Below are positions 44,193-53,572 of a stretch of DNA of 64,000 nucleotides, in pieces. The number at the start of each line of letters is the position of its first letter. Position 1 is the first letter of the stretch. Below the pieces are notes generated by a model that worked only from the letters and a program-made list of their open reading frames with translations, ran no database searches and was not told the origin of the DNA. The stretch comes from an uncultured Methanoregulaceae archaeon (GTDB taxonomy: Archaea; Halobacteriota; Methanomicrobia; Methanomicrobiales; Methanospirillaceae): positions 1,760,001-1,824,000 of the forward strand of contig CAVTTL010000001.1 in NCBI GenBank assembly GCA_963737635.1, written 5' to 3'. The translations under genes and the position numbers were made by a program.

Positions 44193-44541
44193 ATGGCAGG
44201 ACGAGATACCCGCAATCTGCTGAATGGCATTGTTGCTGAGATTATAAAAGTAGGCCGGCTGATTGAGGGATACCAGTATGAGGATTTTTATCAGGACGAA
44301 AAAGTCTATGCGAGCGTTCTAGGATGCATGAGAGCCATCAGTGAAATGGAGCAGGCAGTCCCGACTATGGTCCGGGTAAAATACGCGCTTGTGCCTTGGA
44401 AGGAGCTGAGCTGCATTGGACGCGGCAATCACCAACGCAGATCCGGTGAACCGGCCCCGGCTTCTCTGGAAGATCAGCACCGAGACGCTGCCCCAAATCC
44501 GGCCGATGATACAAAATCTGATCGAAGAAATGGAAAAATAG
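44193..44541 (+). CDS. DUF86/HepT-like HEPN-fold protein lacking the RxxxxH motif; apparent frameshift at ~44408
   Basis: YEDFYQDEK, AISE and KYALVPWKE, then shifted frame LLWKISTETLPQIRPMIQNLIEEMEK*, matching the DUF86 pattern. Confidence 0.65.
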
Positions 44542-44663
44542 GCCTTTATTGAGCGTTTTTCTGTAAAGTCCGAAAAATTACTAAAAGCAGCTATTGGTCT
44601 TTGCGTCGGATGCGGGTCTCTTAACCGTGAATGCTTATTGCATAAAGGCCCTATTATACCAGT

Positions 44664-45203
44664 ATGGATGAGGAAAGTTCTAGCACCGGGCCCAGTGCAG
44701 AAAATCCACCCTCCATGGATCTCGCCCCCGCTCCACCGGCACCTATGGGCTGGGGATTCTGGGCGATCATGGCCCTTATCGGCGTGCTGATCCTCCTTAT
44801 CATCTACGCACAGGTTCAGGGCATAACCCACCCGGTTACTGTCAACCTGACCGAGACCAACTGGACGCTGACCTCTTATGTATCTACCGGAGGAACAATG
44901 GTCCCGGCAACGACTGGACCGAAGATGAACCTTTCATTTGGTCCCTCGAACGAGAGTACCCTGCGTGGATACACCGGCTGCAGTTGGTACTCGTATGTTT
45001 ATTCCCTTAACAAAACCGCGTTTAGTCTCTCCAACGAGACTCTTACCCCCAGCTCCTTTGACGACCCGGGCATGATACAGGCTGAATCCTCTTATATGGA
45101 CGATCTCAAAAATACAACCTCCGTTCGATTCCGGGGCGGGCGGCTTACCTTTTATGACGTTGGGGGTAAGCCGGTTCTTGTCTTTGAACAGTCTGTTAGC
45201 TGA
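44664..45203 (+). CDS. META (HslJ-like) domain membrane-anchored protein
   Basis: TM helix, LTETNWTLTS, GYTGCSWY and ESSYMDDL...LTFYD..GKPVLVF. Confidence 0.8.
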   Translation: MDEESSSTGPSAENPPSMDLAPAPPAPMGWGFWAIMALIGVLILLIIYAQVQGITHPVTVNLTETNWTLTSYVSTGGTMVPATTGPKMNLSFGPSNESTLRGYTGCSWYSYVYSLNKTAFSLSNETLTPSSFDDPGMIQAESSYMDDLKNTTSVRFRGGRLTFYDVGGKPVLVFEQSVS

Positions 45204-45352
45204 TCTTTCATCTATTCCCGGAAAATTCCCGGAAATTTTCCACCAAGACCTGATGAAACCGGATCGGACACCTGTGAACTTCCCGCACAGGTATACGAAC
45301 ATTAAAAAAAGGAAGGGGCAAGAAGTTATAACCGGGAGTTGGATAAGGAACT

Positions 45353-46661
45353 ATGGAAGCCAAGAGCGAACGAAAAGACGGCATACTCATCTTTTTTATT
45401 AACGGAAGACTGGATGCATTTGGTGCCCAGCAGCTTGACGAATGGGTACAAGGAACCCTGCATGACGATGACAAAGAACTGGTGCTTGACCTCTCCGGAT
45501 CCACCTACCTCTCAAGCGGCGGTCTGCGCACATTCAGTATGTTAAAAAAGGAGATGAAACGCAGGAACGGGCGCTTTGCCCTTGCGGGTGTCGGTGAGTA
45601 CCCGAAAAAAGTGCTCGATACGGCCGGATTCTCGTCCATTCTTGAGATTTTCCCTACGACTGACGATGCTGTTGAAGACATGAGGAAAAAACGGAAGAAC
45701 CCGACACTCTTCAACGAGATCTTTTACAAGAAGATCGAAGAGGATGGCGTCACCCTGACGATCGAGCCGGGCTGGATGACCTCTCCTCCTGTACTTCGGA
45801 TCGCCGGCGATCTGACAAAAGTCCTGCACGCCCGGCTGACAGAATCCGACATCAGCACAAAGAAGTTCTCCGAGATCACCTATTCGCTTGGCCTTGGCGC
45901 GCTTGGGGCAGACAAAAAAGAGGCGATGCCGCTCTTGGGCGAGATGATTACCCTGTACGGCTCTATGGTCTGGCTGCCGACTGACGGAAACAACACCCCG
46001 GACTTTTTGACACCGCTTGATACGAAAGGCGATGTCCCGGTGTATACAGGCTATAACGTAACGCTGGACGGCCCGTTCAATGAGTACCTGACGCTTGAAA
46101 CCGAGGATCCAAAGGGAATAGCTATTGCCGATATCTACCGGATGATCTTCTCGGGCGCAGGAAACCGGATAAAAAGCTACAAAGGTGTGGCCGCAGTCAC
46201 TATCTGGGGTGTGATTGCAGGCTTGGCCAGTTCCGGCATCAAAAAAGCGCCAATCGCCGGTAGTACGCTTCCCCGGTAACACCACGATCATGGATCCTGC
46301 CCTATCAGCAGAGTGGATGGCTTCCGATACCGGCATGGCCTATAAGGGGGATACCTTGGTAAGCTTTGGTTTTGGGATCGACAGTGCGCATGATCTTGCC
46401 TGTTTCCGCCGGGAAGATCTCGATGCCCTGTATTATGCAAACCCGGCAAACCGGGGGACCTCAAAAACGATGTACCTCCACAACCACGGTGTAATCTTCC
46501 GGGGTGTACCCTACGATGCCTCGCTTGACTTAAACTCGCAGGTTAAAAAGATTGTCACTGATGGTACGTTTGTGGATATGCGGCACCTGCTGGACAGCAC
46601 CCGGCTCCGCAGGGCAAAAATCGGCGTTGCGTATATTCAGGAGATTGTAAGGGAATCATAG
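45353..46661 (+). CDS. STAS (anti-sigma antagonist) domain fused to a ~320-aa uncharacterised domain; apparent frameshift at ~46270
   Basis: GRLDA, LDLSGSTYLSSGGLR, VLDTAGF and IFPTTDDA; C-terminal part with GLG...GEMI and YLHNH. Confidence 0.8.
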
Positions 46662-46671
46662 TACGATAGAT

Positions 46672-47121
46672 TCAGGCACTTTTTTGCTTTTTTTTGGTTA
46701 ACGTCAGGATATTTTTCCCCTGCTCATACCGGTACGCTGCCGTATCGGTTACCCGGCGGATAAGGTAGATACCAAGACCCCCGGGCATGCGCTCCGCAAG
46801 AGACGAAGTGACCTCTGGATCGGGCATAACCAGTGGATCAAACGCGGGTGCAGAGTCAGTGATCTCCACGGTCATGGAATCGGTGTCAGCTTCGCAATGA
46901 ATGGTGATCGGTTCAGGGCTCCCACAATACCCATGACGGATGGTGTTAGCGATGGTCTCTTCTACTGCGAGCTGGACGTCGAAGACCTGCTGGTCGCAGA
47001 AACCAGCCTTTTGCATAACTTTTTCGATCTCAAGCGCAACACCGGGCACCGCATCGATCCGTGCGGGAATAACGATGTCAGCAGTAATAGTCAGAATTCC
47101 ACCTTCTGGATGACCTTCCAT
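46672..47121 (-). CDS. RsbW/SpoIIAB-like GHKL Ser kinase
   Basis: LAVEETIANTIRHGY, ITDSAPAFDP and GGLGIYLIRRVTD. Start position uncertain. Confidence 0.88.
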   Translation of the reverse strand: MEGHPEGGILTITADIVIPARIDAVPGVALEIEKVMQKAGFCDQQVFDVQLAVEETIANTIRHGYCGSPEPITIHCEADTDSMTVEITDSAPAFDPLVMPDPEVTSSLAERMPGGLGIYLIRRVTDTAAYRYEQGKNILTLTKKKQKSA

Positions 47122-47271
47122 TTGCGAATGCCAAGTGTGGGGGCCGTTTGTACCGCAACACCACCGCAGCTGGCATAAGATTTCCCTGTTTATGATATTC
47201 AAACGTCAACCATAAAAAGACGGCTCACGAGAAGAGACTAAGATCAGGCTGATATCGGACGAATAGTTTAA

Positions 47272-47343
47272 CGCCCCGGCCGGGACTTGAACCCGGGTCA
47301 AAAGCTCCGCAGGCTTCTAGGATGTCCACTACCCCACCGGGAC
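47272..47343 (-). tRNA. tRNA-Arg (anticodon GCG)
   Basis: Reverse complement folds: acceptor GTCCCGG/CCGGGGC, anticodon arm GAAGC-CTGCGGA-GCTTT, T arm CCGGG-TTCAAGT-CCCGG; no encoded CCA. Confidence 0.95.
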
Positions 47344-47468
47344 GTGAGTTTATGACTGCCTGCCTTATTTACATCGTTCTCATCGTTTAAATATCTCACC
47401 TTTCGAATGAGAAGCGGCGGATTGGGATTGATTGCAGCGCATCCACTTCCAAAAAAAAAGTATCGTAT

Positions 47469-48254
47469 TCAATCATTAGGCGTTTGTACATTCACTGGTG
47501 TCCATGTGGGTGTGGGAGTGGTAGTTGGATATACCAGGTAATTCTGCGGATGAGTTCCCCAGTATTTACATTCAGGGAATGTCTGGTTCTGCGGGTTATC
47601 AAAATTACCCACGGGTTTTACCCAGATACCAGTTGTAGCCGTGATGTTATTCGCGGTCATCTCAACGAGGAGATCATTAGTCTGAAGGATGGGGCCAAGG
47701 GTCGCACTCTGATAAACGCTCAATCCCTTGGCTTCTCCAAAGCCGTCTTGGAGATATACATCACCAGTCGTTTTATTTCTTACCGTGATCTCAAACCACG
47801 AAGTCGGTGAAAAATCAGAGTACTGGAGCGTTACCCAGCCGTTGGATCCCTGATGCGTTTGAACGTACTTAGTAACTGTGATATTGAACGGAATAACCGT
47901 ATAATTTATGTACATCGGCGGATTTTTAAGGTCAAATGAGATCGCAGTTGTATTGTAGCCGGTCTGTGTGTTAAGATAGATGAGACAGGACAAGTCAGCC
48001 GGAACCAGGGTGGGAGTCGTAAAAGAATTCATTCCCGAACCATTTGCCTGGACCCCGGCGTTGCTGGTCACATAGGGTGTAGCTGCTTCTACGTAGGAAG
48101 GGGTTGTAGGCGTTTCCTCAGCGGTCGTTTCGGTAGTATAAGAATTACTGGAGGACGATGAGGTCGTTCCCTTCGGAGGCTCGACGCATCCGGCCACGAG
48201 GAGCATCAGGATGATACTCAATATAAGTACCGCACAACAGATTTGCTTCGTCAT
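47469..48254 (-). CDS. Putative lipoprotein, Ser/Thr-rich
   Basis: Signal peptide with LVAGC lipobox. Confidence 0.75.
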   Translation of the reverse strand: MTKQICCAVLILSIILMLLVAGCVEPPKGTTSSSSSNSYTTETTAEETPTTPSYVEAATPYVTSNAGVQANGSGMNSFTTPTLVPADLSCLIYLNTQTGYNTTAISFDLKNPPMYINYTVIPFNITVTKYVQTHQGSNGWVTLQYSDFSPTSWFEITVRNKTTGDVYLQDGFGEAKGLSVYQSATLGPILQTNDLLVEMTANNITATTGIWVKPVGNFDNPQNQTFPECKYWGTHPQNYLVYPTTTPTPTWTPVNVQTPND

Positions 48255-48554
48255 TAATCATCTGTACGTTTTTCAGTATTATTTATGTATGCTGGGTATA
48301 GTCCTGGTAGTGCACCACGAACATCGGAAACTTTTCTCGGGAAACTGAATCCGGAGGCCGGGTTTCAAACGTGCCTTGAAAGATTGGATTTTCTTCAGCT
48401 CTACAAAAACTGTTGAAAAACTGGCATATCATCTTTTATAAATCGTTTCACTCAACGTGTTCCCGATGGTTTCATGAGGAACCCAAAGAAAATACATAAT
48501 CAGATAACACATTATAAAGAAGCATATTTTTACTCGAGTACGGGAGACTCTCCG

Positions 48555-49847
48555 ATGGCATCAATACAGGCACCTGCAATTATTCTGATCATACTCGCCT
48601 CCTGCTTTGTCGCCCCGGCGATTGCCGGGACCAAATACCTTGACGGGAGCCCGAACCTGACGGCGTATATAACGGGTACGAACCAGTATACGGCCGGGAG
48701 CGAGATTGCGATCCCGGTCGTGATCCAGAACACCGGTATCAGCACGAACTATGAGGTATCGTCCAACATCGTGAACCGTACCGATATCCCCACGACGGCG
48801 AAGTTCGTCACGGTCGCGATGGGGTCCGGAGATGCGCCGGTGGTGATCAAAAGCGATCCCCAGATGGTCGGTGATATTGCGAGCGAAGATCAGGCGACGG
48901 TGACGTTTTCCGCGAAGGTCAATGCCGATGCACAAGGCGGCACCTACCAGATTCCGCTCAATATCAGTTATACCCAGTATACGAATATCGATCAGTACGG
49001 TCTCGACACGGTCCGGTATTATTACGAGCCGTATACTGTAACGGTCACCGTCCCGGTGTCGATCAAGTCTGAAGTAATCCCGGCAGTAGTCACGGCAACG
49101 TCCGATTCGCTGGTCGCCGGTGCCCAGGGTTACGTCAACCTGACCATCAAGAATATCGGGTCGCTGGACGGGTCCAAGGCGACCGTCCAGATTCTCCAGG
49201 ATACTGCAAGCCCGGTCAGCCCGGTGGACACCAGCGTCTATATCGGCGACTTCCCGGCCGGCAGTACCGTGGCCTGCCAGTACAAGGTCGCCGTGGCATC
49301 GGATGCCATCAACAAGACTTATCCGGTCGACGTTGTCGTGGTCTACCAGGACAATGAAGGCGATTTTGTTACCTCCCAGACCCAGACGGTCGGTGTTGAC
49401 GTCGGGAGCAAAGTCGCATTCTCGGTCCTGTCCTCCCCGGTGGAGATGAGCCCGGGCAGTAAACGGACGATCCAGGTCGAATACCTGAATACCGGGGATT
49501 CTACCGTCCACAGCGCGGAAGCTCGTATCAGCGTGGTCGATCCCTTTACCAGTTCGTCCGATATCGCTTATCTCGGTGATCTCGCCCCGGGTCAGTCCGC
49601 AGTGGCTTCCTACCAGATGAGTGTCGCCAGCGACGCGACAATTAAGGAATACGGCCTGGATACGGAGATCCGGTACAATGACGCACTCGACGATACCTAC
49701 GTCTCCGACCCGATGAAAGTTTCTATCGATGTCAAAAACCTGGCCGGAATCCAGGGAATCGTGTCCAATCCCGTCGATATCACCGTCCTCGTCGGCCTGA
49801 TCATCGGTATCGTCTATGCCGTGCTTCATGTAAGGAAGAAGCGCTAA
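48555..49847 (+). CDS. COG1361 S-layer-domain protein
   Basis: Signal peptide, repeated Ig-like units (IQNTG, IKNIG, YLNTG; YIGD, YLGDL) and C-terminal TM-KKR. Confidence 0.85.
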   Translation: MASIQAPAIILIILASCFVAPAIAGTKYLDGSPNLTAYITGTNQYTAGSEIAIPVVIQNTGISTNYEVSSNIVNRTDIPTTAKFVTVAMGSGDAPVVIKSDPQMVGDIASEDQATVTFSAKVNADAQGGTYQIPLNISYTQYTNIDQYGLDTVRYYYEPYTVTVTVPVSIKSEVIPAVVTATSDSLVAGAQGYVNLTIKNIGSLDGSKATVQILQDTASPVSPVDTSVYIGDFPAGSTVACQYKVAVASDAINKTYPVDVVVVYQDNEGDFVTSQTQTVGVDVGSKVAFSVLSSPVEMSPGSKRTIQVEYLNTGDSTVHSAEARISVVDPFTSSSDIAYLGDLAPGQSAVASYQMSVASDATIKEYGLDTEIRYNDALDDTYVSDPMKVSIDVKNLAGIQGIVSNPVDITVLVGLIIGIVYAVLHVRKKR

Positions 49848-49957
49848 CTATTTTTTTGAAAAGGTACATTGTTGGCAGTTTGTTATTTTTGACTATGAAA
49901 ATTTGACACTTTTTATGTTTCTGTTTCTCTCATTTCGCTATAATCCTCTAAGGAGTT

Positions 49958-52900
49958 TTACTTTGCATTGAAACTCCGGTACGCCTCTTTCGGTACGGTC
50001 AACTCAAATCGTGCTCCTTTATCTGGCTCTCCGGTTTCCCGGATGGTGATGCCGGTGATATTAAGAATTTCACGGGCAAGAAAGAGACCCATACCGGTGT
50101 TCCTGCCGAATCCTTGGCCAAAGATCATTTCTTTCTCATTTACCGGGATACCTACACCGTCATCTTCGCAGACGATGATCTGACTCCCATCACGATTTTC
50201 GACAGAGAACCGGATCGTAGTGATCTCCATCCCGTGCCGAACTGCATTGTCTATCAGATTGTAAAAGACCTCGAAAACCAGTGGATCCGCGAAGACTTCC
50301 GCTCCGGCAGGAAGATCGTTTTTCACCACGGGATCTCCAAACAGGATCTGCTTTGTTGCAGCATCAACAAGTGTATGGCAATTTTGCCAGAGCGGATCTT
50401 TGACTCCGATATTTTCGTATTCTTTGGAGAATTGGATCATGGTAGTAATGCGCTGAATGGAAAGGGTAGCCCTTTTGAAATATTCATTCGATGAGAGATC
50501 CGGCTGTTGTTCATTTATGAGTGTAATATATGCTTCCAATAGGGTAAGCTGGTTAGTGATATCGTGCCAGGTTATGCCTGAGAGGAGGTTGAATTTCTTG
50601 TTAGATTGGCGAAGCGCATCCTCGCTCTTTTTCAGCTCGTCAAACTGGTGCCGAAGTTCTTCTTCAGAAGCAGTGATCTGCTCATAGGAAATTCGCAGTT
50701 CTTCATCAGCTCTTGTTCGTTCAGTGATATCTTCGAGTGTTTCAACTGCACCGATGATATCCCCTTTAGAATCCCTGATGAGGGCGGCAGTGAAATGAAG
50801 CCAGATCCCGTGCCCTCCCATCCGCGGAAAAAAATCGGTCGCTTCATACGCGCCATCGACATATTTTGACTTGTTAAATTTCCCGGCATACAATTCCTGA
50901 ATTTTTTCCGGGGTATCCTTCATCAGAAGGTTCGACAGCACCGGTCGTTCCCGGTCATAGAATGCTTTCCAGGCATGCGTTGTACCGAGCACTTCTTTTG
51001 CCTTCACACCACTATATTCCTCAAGTGCCCGGTTCCAGCTGATGACCCGTTGGTTTTCATCGAGGACAAACTGCGGGATGGGGGATCCCTGAACAATTCC
51101 CTGAAGTTTTTGTTCGCTCTCACGAATTACCTGTTCGCGATCTTTGAGTTCATCATACTGGGCACGAAGTTCTTCCTCTGCAGCGGTAATCTGCTCATAG
51201 GCAGCCCGGAGTTCATTTTCGGCATTTTTCTTGTCGGTAGTGTCCCTGCCTACAGATTGGTATTCCCGGATGTGTCCGTTCTTATCGAAAATTGCCCGGT
51301 CGCTCCATCGCTGCCATCGAATGCTTCCATCCGGCATGATAATGCGATGTTCTACGCTATCGACTGGGCGATCCGGAGTTAAGGACTTGAAGAACCGTTT
51401 TACAAGATCCTGATCTTCCACGGGGATTTTTGGGCGGAACCGGTGCCCCATGATCTCTTCCCGTCTCATATCAAAATACCGGCAATATGCCTCATTGATA
51501 AAGACATGGGTGCCGTCCGGTCCGAACCGGCAGATGAATTCAGTCTGATCTTCCACTACGTTACGGTACCGTTCCTCGCTCTTGACAAGCGCCTGCTGGT
51601 TCCGGTTCAGCTCATCGTAGTTCTGGCGTAGTTCCTCCTCGGTTGCCGTCAGCTGCTCGTAAGTCTGCGTTCAGCTCGTCGTGCGTAGATCTCAGTTTCT
51701 CTTCGGCATTCTTTTGCTCGGTAATATCCGCCCCGACAGACTGGTACTCGGCAATACGGCCGTTCTTATCGAAAATTATCCGGTCGCTCCATCGCTGCCA
51801 GCAAATGCTTCCATCCGACATGATAATGCGATGTTCTATGCTATCGACCGGGTGATCCGGAGTTAAATATTCGAAGAACCGCTTTACAATCTCCTGATCT
51901 TCGACGGGGATTTTTGGCCTGAACCGATGTCCGACTATCTCCTCACGTTTCAGCCCGAAATACCGGCAGTATGCCTCGTTCACAAAGACATGGGTGCCGT
52001 CTGGTTTGAACCGTGAGATGAATTCAGTCTGGTCTTCCACTACGTTACGGTACCGTTCCTCGCTCTCCCGAATTACCTGTTCGTGGTACTTGAGTTCATC
52101 GTATTGGGCACGAAGTTCTTCCTCTGTCGCGGTAATCTGTTCATAGGCAGCCCGGAGTTCATTTTCGGCATTTTTCTTGTCGGTAGTGTCCCTGCCTACA
52201 GATTGGTATTCCCGGATGTGTCCGTTCTTATCGAAAATTGCCCGGTCGCTCCATCGCTGCCAGCAAATGCTTCCATCCGACATGATAATGCGATGTTCTA
52301 TGCTATCGACCGGGTGATCTGGAGTTAAGGATTCGAAGAACCGCTTTACACTCCCCCGATCTTCGACGGGAATTTTTGGCCTGAACCGGTGCCCGACTAT
52401 CTCCTCGCGTTTCAGCCCGAAATACCGGCAGTATGCCTCGTTGGCAAAGACATGGGTGCCGTCCGGTTTGAACCGTGAGATGAATTCAGTCTGGTCTTCC
52501 ACTACGTTACGGTACCGTTCCTCGCTCTCCCGAATTACCTGTCCCTGATGTGCCAGATCATCTAAATTGGAACGAAGTTCCTCTTCTATCGCAGTGATCT
52601 GTTCATACGAGGCATTGAGTTCCTCATTTTTCTTAAGAAGTTCTCCCCGCTCCAACTTCAGCGCGTCCTCAGCACGCCTGCGCGTTACGGATACCGGATC
52701 TTGTTTGAAAGCTCGGCAAACTGGCTCTTGGGTTCACCACCTTTCTGGAGATAGAAATCGGCCCCCTCGTTTAAGGCCTGGATAACAACCTCTTCACGCC
52801 CTCGTCCGGTGAAAAGGATAAACGGGATAGCATTGCCCGAAGATCTGATTTTCTTTAAAAATTCGATACCATCCATGTCCGGCATCTGATAATCAGAGAT

Positions 52901-53050
52901 GATGGCATCGTAGGCTTTTTCATTCAGAAGAGTAAGTGCAACCGGAGCAGAAGTAATGATATCAACACGGAACTCTCCGCTCCGCTCAAGAAAATGTTTG
53001 CCGACATCGAGCAAAACAGGTTCATCATCGACGTAGAGAATGGTATACAT
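49958..53050 (-). CDS. Hybrid sensor: receiver + 4 PAS + histidine kinase (~1,030 aa); apparent frameshifts at ~52690 and ~51664
   Basis: YVDDE...SDYQMP...FTG...QKG receiver; PAS/PAC repeats; HDITN, NLIDNAVRHG, DDGVG and GMGL. Confidence 0.88.
51125..52540 (-). repeat. Three tandem, highly similar PAS-coding units (~460-485 bp period)
   Basis: TCTTCCACTACGTTACGGTACCGTTCCTCGCTCT recurs at ~51549, ~52034 and ~52495; long identical blocks are shared between units. Confidence 0.9.
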
Positions 53051-53374
53051 GATGCAACACGGTAGTAGGCAATGGAATATTTGCTATACAGTTGTAAAAG
53101 GGTATTTATTTTAAGCCATTCCGATACGTTGACTGTCGGAAAGGGAATTTTTTGATGATATGAAAAACCGGTCACCGATGACCTACTTATCCCATAATAA
53201 GGCAATTTAAGGAAAACGTACTGACTATTTTTCTACCGATCTCAGAAAAACCATTGCAATATCAACCGCAAATCCCGAGTTTCTTGTGTATAGTGTGTGC
53301 GAATAAAAACAATCTGCGAAAGCAAAAAACTCTTTTACGGGCAGGAATAATATTCTAGAATTGAGGAAATTTTA

Positions 53375-53569
53375 ATGAGTTCACAAAAGTCGTCATCTGC
53401 GATCTCTAAATCCCAAATCAGCTTCATTTTCTTTATCATTGGCCTTGTCATGTTGATCATCCCGGAACTCAACGGTCTGGAGTTCCTGCCAATTAACATC
53501 CGCCAATTTTTTGCTATTCTTTTTTATCCGGGGATTGTGTGTTTTATCATCGGATACCTGCTGAAATAA
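53375..53569 (+). CDS. Small 2-TM membrane protein
   Basis: 64 aa, GAGG RBS, two hydrophobic helices. Confidence 0.55.
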   Translation: MSSQKSSSAISKSQISFIFFIIGLVMLIIPELNGLEFLPINIRQFFAILFYPGIVCFIIGYLLK

Positions 53570-53572
53570 GAA

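Noticed and set aside
43868-47343. Genomic island integrated at tRNA-Arg
   Set aside because: No integrase and no duplicated tRNA 3' end were found; the genes resemble ordinary Methanomicrobiales accessory content.
48561-49829. 422-aa antisense ORF over the COG1361 gene
   Set aside because: Mirror frame of a GC3-rich gene; no domain signal.
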